From Oopsacas minuta (lineage: Eukaryota; Animalia; Porifera), in the NCBI GenBank assembly GCA_024704765.1, contig JAKMXF010000144.1, positions 732,184 to 796,183 on the forward strand: 64,000 bases of DNA, written 5' to 3'. Positions 47,151-58,900 of the stretch are shown here, in pieces (position 1 is the first letter of the stretch; every line of letters starts with the position of its first letter). The translations under genes were made by a program, and so were the position numbers. Below the pieces are notes generated by a model, which searched no databases, had not been told where the DNA came from, and was given only the letters and a program-made list of their open reading frames with translations.

Positions 47151-47720
47151 TAATTTACAAATATCGAGTTATCCCGAGTCCATAGTAAATACTCTGTTAC
47201 GGATGTAGTGGATGTTGGATCAATAAAATACAAAATTTTAGGTGTATAACTACGTAGTTGGAATTTCAAGGCACATTTCTGTAAACTGTTGATAATTCGC
47301 ACAATAGTCAAGAATATTCTATATTTGTGAATATTGTAACATTGGTTAATGTGTATATGCTGGTCAAACCAGCGGTTTAGGGTGTGCGCTTACGTTGTAC
47401 ATATATCCTAAAACGCAGGGGCGTAGCAAGCTGTTTTCATTGGTCAGGTCGACCTATACTAAAATCTTTGGAGCGGCCATAAGTTGGTCCTGTTTACTAA
47501 TACAATTAGCATTAGCAGGTCAAAGGTTTGTTCTGTTGAAATCTTGTCTCCTACGGACATGAAATATAGGGAGTAATTAGCATAAACAGAGGTGGCAGCT
47601 AATTCCTCGCTTTTTCGGGAGTTTTCTTATCTATTTTTGCAATCGTCTCTTTTCTGATGCAAATATTTATCATTACATCATTACTCTTTGATTTCTAGGC
47701 ACACCCAATATCCACTAAAG

Positions 47721-47936
47721 CAGGGGTTCCCAACCAGGGGGTACGCGAGAAGGTTGAGTCATTTACGAATATTATTTTCAAATTTGTAATTATGATACCA
47801 TGCAATTGGAAATTAATCTAAATGTATAATTTGACAGAAGATTTGCAATAGTAATATTACGTAGAGTATGAACTTAAGCGTAATGATTTCCTTTTTGTAT
47901 AGTAGGACATGGGCTACAAAAGGTTGGGAACCCCTG
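47721..47936. mobile_element. hAT MITE, 216 bp
   Basis: Perfect 15-bp TIR CAGGGGTTCCCAACC/GGTTGGGAACCCCTG; perfect 8-bp TSD cactaaag (47713-47720, 47937-47944). Confidence 0.92.
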
Positions 47937-48222
47937 CACTAAAGTATCCAAATCAAGTGTGAAATTACTAGGAGAAATTCGTGCAAATATTACTTGTTTA
48001 GATCTAAATCCCACTGTACCAACTCAAGAAATTACTCCACTTCTATTAGTGTACACTTTATATGATTATATGTAATCTCCTATTTCTTACCGTTAGCATT
48101 GAAGACGTAGCTTATACTTGAGGTATATCAGGTAACTTGGTTGAATATGCATCTTAGAACATTTTGGTATATATTAGTAGCGGATATATCAGTACAGCAT
48201 GTTAATACTCTGTATTAATTTA

Positions 48223-49998
48223 AAGATAGAGATAGTGAAGAGAAAGCTTATGGGTATGTATTACTACCCTGGATCTTTATGTACCATTTATTGATTCTAT
48301 TTCTTATAGACTGAGAGAATGTGTAGAGATATACGCTAATGAGAATGATTGGGAACTCCCTGAAGGATTCAATCAGTTCCCTCAACAAATAAAGCAATCA
48401 CAATGTGCCTCTGCTTGGGCTGTATTAGCTCTGCAAGAGAATTCTAATCTAAATATCAACAAATAAGTTGACTTATTGTTTTGATAGAATAATTATTTGA
48501 ACAATAAAAAGCAAGAATTCATTTGAATGTTTGTAGATAATACGCGTGTTTGTATTTTATATATTTTGAATTCTTTTGGCTATTTTATTGATTTCAATTG
48601 TACTTTTTACTTAATATCGATTTCAGTTTCAGTTAATAATTATATATGTACGAGTTAAGAGTATGTATTTATACATATATAATGTAATATACTGTGGGTA
48701 CAACTGATCGTCAGGCACTGCGAGCGCAGTAGGCTAGTTTATGGTTAAAATGAAATTAAGTCAGGTTTTGGGTATTTTATCAACATTTTATTTATGGAGG
48801 AGACTAATTTCATTGTTTAACAGAGCATAGCATTATTCCAATCTTTTTATTGAATATCTTTGCAATCCTATTTTACTATAGTATTAGACTCATAGGTTAG
48901 ATATCTTAGAAACAATGCTGTACACATAGCCGTAGGAGACGGTACGGTTGGTTAGGCTTCAACCGTATCAATATTTGGGCTGCTAATAGAAATAGTATTA
49001 GTTAACAAGACTAACTTTGGTGGGTGCTATCTTGGTCAACCTCATCAACCTGATAATTGAATTCTGCTTCCTAAGGATACGTGGCGGAGCCCCTATTACT
49101 GAATATATTTTGTAGAATGTATTATTTATTATATAGCATTACAGTACACTAGCGCACTTCGCTTGCTCGCGCTACGCGGTTGCGAACACCTGAAATTTTG
49201 GATTTATCATATATAAGTTATCTAACCTGCGAGGTAAACTCTATATTATATATTATATTAGGATTGCAAAGATATTAAATAATATAGATTGAAGTGGATG
49301 AGTAATAGTATTATAAACCTGGATGGAAATTTGAACAGGTAAGGATAAGAAAAATTGTTACTATAGTGCTAGCTCTGTTAAACAATGAAATTTTGTATTC
49401 CACTCCTCCATACATAAAGTGTTGTTAAAATATACAAAAACCTGACATATCTTCATTTTATCCTTAAATGTAATAGTAGCCTAGCGAATGAACCGATTGG
49501 TCAGGAGAGGTGGTACGGCGCTCGCAGTGCCTGACGATCAATTGTACCCCCAAAATCTTATATAATATATAATATATAAACTTGTTAACTGAAACTGAAA
49601 TCGATATTAAAGTCAAAGTACAATTGAAATCAATAAAATAGCCAAAATAATTCAAAATATATAAAATACAAACACGCGTATTATCTACAAACATTCAAAT
49701 GAATTCTTGCTTTTTATTGTTCAAATAATTATTCTATCAAAACAATGAGTCAACTTATTTGTTGATATTTAGATTAGAATTCTCTTGCAGAGCTAATACA
49801 GCCCAAGCAGAGGCACATTGTGATTGCTGTATTTGTTGAGGGAACTGATTGAATCCTTCAGGGAGTTCCCAATCATTCTCATTAGCGTATATTTCTACAC
49901 ATTCTCTCAGTCTATAAGAAATAGAATCAATAAATGGTACATAAAGATCCAGGGTAGTAATACATACCCATAAGCTTTCTCTTCACTATCTCTATCTT
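48223..49998. repeat. Large inverted duplication; arms 48223-48726 and 49519-49998 contain the RNF213-like 3' end
   Basis: The arms are reverse complements with only scattered mismatches over the first ~400 bp. Weaker inner inverted homology at 48741-48895 versus 49258-49465. Confidence 0.92.
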
Positions 49999-52900
49999 GT
50001 AAAAAGAAGATAATATATTCATGGAGATACGTCATGATCTTGTCTACTGGAAAGTGTTTACAGCTTTCCTGTATCAGTTTTCTCTCTTCCTCACTTACAA
50101 CTTCCTGAAACTCATTTTTCAGAGATGAGAAAGGAATCTATAAAGACATTAGTAGTAAATTAAAAGAGTGATGTTGAAAGTGAATGTAGATATTACAAGT
50201 AATCTAAGAGAGTTTTTGTTTGTGTATGGTTAATTGAAGAATCGTTAGAGGCTACAATATTGTATCCAATTTGTATTTGCATACAATATGGTACAAAAGC
50301 TGCACATTGCAAGCAAGCAAAGCGTACTTGTCAAAATCATATGATACATACCTGTCCTTGGAGAGAGAGCTTCCGAGCTTTCTCTATAGATAGAAGGTTC
50401 CTGAAGCTGATTACATGTTTCAGACATAACTCTACATTTGCCTGTAAATAATTTATGTAATTATTAAGATATTTAACATCAAGAAAAGGAAATCAGCAAT
50501 ATATACCCTTCTGCTCTGTAGAGTACCAGCTCCATAAGAATCATGAGAATACTGTAAAACATCAGTAAGATAAGAAGACAATTTCTGTTCTGGATCTCCT
50601 CCTGCTGATGATAAGAATCTAATCACTACATCTAGTACTAGGAGGACATCACTAACTGCTTCAAGTGAGTCTAAATCTTCTTGTATAGCTTTCCATACTA
50701 TCATTCTCACTTCAGTCTGGAAGAAATAGTTATGAGATTAATACAGAATCTAATCCACGAGAATATGGATCAGTCCCACTTGCAATGTTAATGAACTACG
50801 AGACACTCACTCACTTGAGTGAGTGTCGCGAATACTTCTAATTAGATTGGATCATGTGTATATTTAATATGAATAGAAACACACGTGTATTCATTCTAAC
50901 ATACCAAATGTACAAAACAGACGAACCAATAACAACAAACAGAATTTAAAACACACAAGTACAAATGACTTTACAAATAATATAAGAAAATTTCTGACCT
51001 GTTGAACTTTGTGTCGCACCTGTTCGAACACTCCCAGGTTGTAAGCCTCACGAGTGTACTCGAAGCGGAGATGTTCTGCTAGAATAAGAGGTTTGTTCTG
51101 AATGAATTGTTCCATTAATTGCTGTTCTACTCCCTCAAAATCATAAGTCACTTGACTTCCTTGTCCGAGAGCTAGTGAGTAGTGAGCATGTGACAGTAGT
51201 AGAGGCTGCAGATGTTCCTCGTACTCAATCACATGACTCATATTCAATTCACGGAGTGGTATCTTGTCACTACGGGACCTAATACAATGAGAATAATATG
51301 AGACATGTCTATAGACATATCATTCAATAGAATGATGCATACCACTTCACTCTGTCTCTGTAGGCGTGTACAAATGAGTTGTGTATCAGCACTAGATAGT
51401 CAGTGAGTGAGGTGATCAGCACTCCCCTTCCTGTTGAGGAAGGGAGCAGGTAAGCTAGAGAAGTAGCAGGAGTTATTTCTTGTTGTTCTAGAGATTCTTC
51501 CATTGTGAGACGTCCATTCTTCTTCACATCTTCTCCAATCATACTCCATGCTGTAGCAAGACTCTCCACTAGTCTAGCTAATTCTTCTGATTCATGTTTG
51601 TTATCTAAAAGAAATATAATCGCGATGATTATCACTGAATCAATCAGGTAAATATTGATATTATATTTTACCAGTTTTCATTCTATTTAAGAAATCTTTA
51701 ATAGAAGTATTAGCAGCTTCTCTCCTATCCAATCTGTGTAGGAACTTATCTCCTACTCGTCTCTGTAGCTGTATAATGTCTGGTAAGTAACGAGTCACGA
51801 ATAATTTGTTTTCTTCTTTCAAGAACTTGTCTACTAACGGACACTTGTTTTTGGTATTTAAATCAGCTGTACTGAAGCTCTGAGAGAAATGCTCCAGACT
51901 CACAATAGTTCTGTAACGCCATAGATGAGGTAACGGGTTGTTTGGTTCTGGTTCATCTCTCTCGAATAGAATTCTAAAGATAGAGGTGAATTCATGTAAA
52001 TTCAATTAATCTATATACGAGTACGTAGTGTTGAAACTCAATATTTTGGGGTATGTGTGTGTTTATTGTTTGTCAGGTTTGAAGTATAATATTATAAACA
52101 GGACAAAAATTTCATTATCTCATTGGGGTAATCGAGCATACTTACATGTTATGAATATTTATTGCCATATAATTCATGAATTAATCTTTTCACACTTTTG
52201 ACTGATAACACTGGGCAACATCAAATTTATTCCTCAAATGAAAATATATTACCTAGACTAACTTTGGGATGCTGATTCCAAATCTGAAATCAGAATTGGT
52301 CTATCACGTCAGGATTTCGAGATATGAAAATTCACGAAATTCGGATTTTGCATTGATTGGCACTATATTATAAGGTACTATACAGTACAAGTTAGGCCTA
52401 TTGTACAATTTTCTTTCCCAGCGAATTGTTGGTCAACAATGCATATTATGTACGGTTAATATTAACATTATTTTGTAAATGTAATGTTCTATCTTTTGAC
52501 AATTAATGCATTCTTGAGTGTTCTTGGCCATGGCTATAAGGAGGGGTTATTTAGCCTACTTGCGGGTGGATTGTAGACTGTATCGATAAACCAACAACAT
52601 TACTGTTTCGCAGAATTTTTAGTTTGTAACTGATTGTGTATTTAAGCTTTTTGTTTACAATGAATACGAGCAGAAGACAATGCACGAACTGGGATATTTG
52701 TTGGCCCCCAAATACGTGATTTGATGCGTGACCCAGTATTTCCATCCAAGCTTAATTCAATTGAATTGGAAGCCTGGAATGCATTTGTACAGATTGTACA
52801 AAATTTTCTTGGAAACTATAGGGCAGAAAATTACTCGGAACTAGTGGACAATTTGCTGGAATCATACCGCAAAATGGGCTGCAGAATGTCGCTTAAACTG

Positions 52901-55900
52901 CATTTTCTTCATTCACACTTGGACTTTTTCCCATCAAACCTGGGTGATGTGAGCAACGAACATGGAGAAAGATTTCACCAAGACATCTCTGTGATGAAAT
53001 CGCGGTATAGAGGTCGATTTAACCCAAACATGATGGGGGACTACTGCTGGTTTCTCCAGCGTGAAACTGACACTGAACATGCTCGAAAGAGCAAGTGTAT
53101 AAAGCACTTTTGAGAGGATACAATGTTATTTTTGTCTGGTTTAATCATCCTGAGTTGTGTTAAATTGTGCAAAATGATAATTTTGTTATTTTCACTAGCA
53201 ATCACTGTGTTTATTACATGTAATGTTTTGTTCTGCACAGCCAAAATTAGCCAAAATGACAATTACGGGTTGTTGTGTACATAAGTCATATCTCAAAAAC
53301 GTGACGTGTTAGAAAATATCTAAGGCCAGAATTGGATTCAGCATGGCCATATTAGTCTAGGTAAACTTGAAACGAGCAAGGAATAAAAAATAAGTTGTAA
53401 AATGTTGTCTAGTGTAATTCAAGATGATGCTAGAGAATTCGTATCATTGGTATTATATGGTACTTGGGTAGTAGGTTCACATTTCGAATATAGATCACCA
53501 TGTGTAGCATATGGGAAATCATTATTCACACCTAGAGAATTCATTTCAATGGTACAGCTTATACTGGGTAATCGAGTATGCTAATTCCAGATACAATAGA
53601 AGCCACTTAATCGGGACAAGTCGGGAGTGAGGTTTTGTCCGATCATCCGTACATCCTGTTAACCGATGTAAATATTTACTATTAGAAAACTTCTCATATA
53701 CAAATTGTTGTTCTCCTGTAAATTGTTCTATCAAATAAAATTTGATGTAGAAGTGTTAATTCCACAAGAGCACGAAATGTTCGCAATCCACGTAGCGGGA
53801 GCAACCATAGCGCTCGTATACTAAGAATCGCGCTGTATTGACCTGAGTAAGTGATTGTTAATAATCTTCTTCTCACTCAGCACCTGTTCCATCTGTCTCT
53901 GTACATCTGTGTTTAGAGAGCTGAGTATAGGTTGAATGAATTTCTTATCAAATTCTCTCTCCCATTGCTCTCTTAATTCACGCTGTGTTAAATCAGTAGT
54001 AATGCCACCTGTAATATAATCGAATAATAAATCACAAATATACTAAGACTGTTAAACCACTCACATGGCTCTTCTACTCTTTCCATTACAGATTTTATGA
54101 TCAGATGGATAAAGAAGATAACTTCCTCAAAGTTCTTTCCTGTCAGTCTAGTTAATGATCTAATGTCTCTCTCTAGATGTAGATAGAAGAAGTTGGGAAG
54201 ATCTCTAGGATCATTTAGTCCTCCTTTTATGAGAGAAGGAAGTAATGGACTCCTGTCTGTAGGATGTTTGGAACAAGATGACCAGATGAAGGAGATGTCC
54301 ATTAGGATACGAATAATCTTAACTGAAGCAGGAGATAGTGACCTATATAATTAGTATATGACCATGTAATCTAAAATATGTTAATTAAATCCATATTTCT
54401 AACCGCATCAACCCATTGAAGGCTAACTTGTACATACCTAGTGGTCTGAATAAGCCCCCCCCCCTTATTGATTTTTAGATTTTCTTCCAACCCCTCCCCG
54501 TTTTTTCGGACACCTAGAGTTGCTGGTTATAGTGAAGTGGTTAGAAAAATCCTAAATAAATTGTCAGTGATCCGGATTAATAACTTCTCTTAGAAATGTA
54601 TATATAATTTGTATTAAACTAAATTCGCTCGATATGCATAAACTCTCTATATTATGCGATTTATATGCAATATTTTTGATCCACTTTGGTTTACGTTTAG
54701 CATAAGCGTCCTTGACAGTATATATCCATGAAGTTGACAATACAAATGTGTTGTAAAGTATAAACAACCTTTCCCCACTTGGTACATCAATACTATCATT
54801 AGCGTTTGCTAACAAATATCCTAATTTTGTTTCGTCTTTGTTTATGTTAAGTATAACATTCTGAGATTCCAGTACTTCATTAATTCCTCCAATTTTACAT
54901 CCACAATCTGGACAAATAGACACCTCTGTAGGGTTGGTACACTAAATAAAATATTGTATGTAATGTTAAGGTTCAAACACAAAATTATGCAGTATATACT
55001 AAATTATAAAGTGATTACAATCATAGCATAATATCTATGTGCTGAACTAAGTTCTACTAAGTTGCATTCTATTGCAGCTTCTATAGCTATAAGGTGGTGT
55101 CCTAATGTAATAGAGGATATCCTTGCGGCGGTATAAATGCTAGTGGTCATACTGACACGACAATTCGTACACATAGATACATTTTAGGGTGGATAGACAT
55201 TTTATTGATGATTAATCATACTGTCGAAGATCCGAATCTCCAAGATGTGGGATGCTCCTTAAACTGGGCACCATTTATCCAAAAGGTTGAAATTTTATTT
55301 GATCTTTTTCAGATAATTCCCCTAGTGATAGAGTTGTCTTTGGTTGTAGTACTTGAAGTCCGTTTATTTGTAACAACAATCTGTTAAACATTATTCAAAT
55401 GCATCTTGATATTTAATATCACAGTAGAACGCATGGGACCCGGCACTTCGTGCCTCGAATTTAGCAGAGTATAAAATTGCATAATGAATTAACAAATATA
55501 TATTTTAACTATTTGTTTACTTTATATTCATAAAAACAACAAAGATTTACATATGAGAAACTTAAAATTCAGATTCAGCGTACATTGTTACCCCATTGTA
55601 GCCGTTAAGAGCAATTCCCTACCTATATTCTGAAATTTCAACTATTTTTTTACTTTATATTCATAAAAAACCACAAAAAATACTAATTCAAAAGTGTGAA
55701 AATCAGATTCTGCACATCCGATATATTTAGTCAAGTTTATTCAATTCTGTACACTTTCTTGGTAAACACGATAAATACAATATTATGCGACATCTGAGAA
55801 TTGAGAAATTCAAATTCACTACAACATTCCATAAATCCTTTCCTTGACAACGGGAAAATAAACACGCACCACAATATTTGAGGTTTGATAATATAGATTT

Positions 55901-58900
55901 GTATTTTAAGTAATCAGGATTGAATTTAACCATTGTACATTCGGGAAATTGCAAAAGATTCAATGTCAAACCATTCCAATAATTGTGAATTATACAAAAG
56001 AGTCCTAGCATCCACTTTTTATTGCAAGAATATTGAATATTATGCAGAACAACGATGAAATTTGTAAATTATTTGCAATTACAAAGGAGCGCGCTCCTTC
56101 AAAAAATGTAGCGAAGCTCCACCTTCCGCTCCTGAATCATAATTCGTGCGCGCAACAGGTCCCGCTACTTCAAAATAGGAGCGCGACCGGGAGCGACGTT
56201 CTTGGGGAGCGCTCCTTTAATGCTCTGATTAAGCGAAAACGTATCACGAATTTAAAAGTTGAGTGTAAATTGTATCTTACCCCTCCAATTAAGTAAGGAT
56301 GACCTTTAGGGCATCTATGCCATCCTCTAGATGCAGATAATACAGACATAACATCTTTAGCAGATATTAATGGATCATCCATCATAGTAGGAAATAATCT
56401 GTCCTGTAGAGTCTGAGGGTTCTCGTATATCAAAGCAATAGGTAGGAACAGCTTGTGATATTTCTTACAAGATAGCATAACAGCTACATGGTATATTAGT
56501 CTGATTAGGAATAATTCATGATTACTGGAAGTATCTGTGAGTTTAAGATTTGGTAGATTTCCATCTCCAAAGTTGTTTGTTGTTATCTGAATAGCTAAAT
56601 TGTATAGTACTGGGTTGATTTTCTTCAGGTCAGAATTCACAAAATTTGTGAGTGTAGCATATTTCTAAAACAATGTATCCGATAATATGTGACAGATAAT
56701 CGTTAAATTATAACATTTATTAATGGCGAATTTTACAGTTTTGCTGTCAAGGTTTGAAGTCAAATTACTAATTCCTCAATCAATACTGTGCAACAATAAA
56801 GATATACAAACTGGATGGAATTTAGAATAAATTTAACAACTATGAATTAAAGACTACTTACACTCTTTTCAAATATTTTATTATCTCCACTCTGCTGTAT
56901 CGAAGATAAAAGTTGTTGAAAGATAGAATAAATGAAGTATTCTGGTGCCTCAGATTTCTAAAGAGCAGTATTTTGATAGATTATCGCGAATATCTTTACT
57001 AGATCACTTCACGAAGAAGTAAGGCACCCGCACGACACTGATTGTCTGTCGTCGTTTAGGAGCATTCGGCAATTCATACGTAAACAGTATGCCACGACGA
57101 TAAGTTTGCACTGATTATGATGCCAGGAATGGAGGGTCTAGCACATAAGCTATAAGTAAGGGGACTGAAGTTTCAAACCTGAACAGTTTCCCATATAATT
57201 TGTGTGAATATTAATAGAAATTATATGAATATTGCTATCCCAAAAAGATTAAAGTACCAACTAATAATTATAACTAAAAGGCTCACAGTTTTAGGTTTGA
57301 ATAATTGCAAGATAGTATCATTTTTGTTTATCTTAATGGCTTGTTCAACTGCTTTAATCATTCTTGTATATTCTTCTCTGTATATCAAAAAATAATCAGG
57401 AATCTAAACAATAAAATGTAATGAAAGCATACTACCTCGGTATTTCTAACTATTACCACACAAATATATCTCAGTATAGATTATAGGCGTCGTAAACCAC
57501 CCGGATACCCAGAAATGTCCGAATGGCCCCGAGGACTATCTGGAACTCAGGGTGTTACCCTCGGACCTATCATATACTTCATACAATAGATATTTGGTGC
57601 TATAATATCAAACTTTCATTATACTCAATCTAAAATGTCCTCTAAAGTACAGAAATTCAGCTCTCCACACCTCAAAATGTTGTATTTGGTGTCTAATAAC
57701 GGCCCGAATTGCCAGGTTCACGATCCTGGCGAAAAGCCTCAGGGCGACCCAAAGTTGAGGATAATTTTACGAAGCCCAGGTATATATTAATGGAAGGAAT
57801 CAAACACATTATCCAAGTACCTGTTTTTACGAAAATGTATCATATTGTAGAATGATACAGTTTCGTAAAAGAATATTTCTGGGGTAATAGTCAGAGGTAA
57901 ACTATATTTTCTAACTGTAATAAGTACCTCCATATTGTCCGTTATACAATCTGGTAAAATCCAGGAAAATTTTGTATTTGAATTAAGAAAATTTATTGTA
58001 TCACTTCCCAATTGATGATATATATTCTTGAATAGGAGTAAACGGATATCTGCATGTCCTTTCAGCAAAGAGATTTCCTGGAAGCTAGTAACCAGTCCCA
58101 TTCTCTTTCCATGATCAGGTAGTTGTGTGTTTGTATTATTAAGGTTAAAACATTCAACAATCCATTTAGATACGGACACACAGATAAATCTTAGTGTAGC
58201 TATCTTCTCTAACAATTCATAAGATATTTCTAGCTGAACATTTCGCATACTAGTAATCTGGGATGTTAGAAAGTTGAGTTTATTTTCATATTTTTCACTG
58301 TTATATCGTTGATGAATAGAATCCTAAATATCAGTATATTACAAATAAAATTTGTTAGGTATGTAATAACTGTTTGAAATGTGATACGGGTGATAACATA
58401 TAATATCGAATATATTATAGAAAATAGTGACTCCAGGTGCGCCGGTACTCATCTACACCAAAAATCACCACATCCTATATTTAATATTTGAAAAATTACC
58501 TCAATTGAATGAGCTATCAATAGGTACAATTCTCTCTTCATTAAGTGATTTTTTAGATTACTCGCCACATTCGTCAAATAATTCGAAATGTATTCCTTAA
58601 ACACATCTTCCCTACAAGTAAACAAGATCAATATTAAGTATCCTGATAGCATATTGAATATAAACATCATTGTAGTTTTCTAATTGTAAATTATAGTATA
58701 TTGTTATAGTAGTTTAGTTATAATATGTATGAAGGCATCAAAATTGAGGGGAGTGATTCATGCACTATAGATCGAATATGTAAATATAGCAAAGATAGAA
58801 GGTTACCTATATCTAATCAGCAGCTGTAGTAAATAGGCTCCGAAAGCTAGAGAAGGCTCAACTCCATCTTTAGTAAAAATATTAATTTTTCCTTTGTCAT

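Noticed and set aside
45890-47311. Short stop-free minus-strand stretches (~45890-46090, 46514-46708, 47105-47311) that might be exons of an orphan gene
   Set aside because: No recognisable motifs, and I could not build a consistent splice model; one overlaps a Helitron-like copy.
56960-57180. GC-richer segment translating to ALLLREVI*, resembling RNF213
   Set aside because: The phase-consistent model (57287 to 56957) places it inside an intron; the resemblance is chance.
57484-57778. Possible hAT MITE with taggcgtcgtaaa / tttacgaagccca ends
   Set aside because: TIR match is only 11/13 and there is no TSD, so it is not supportable as a defined element.
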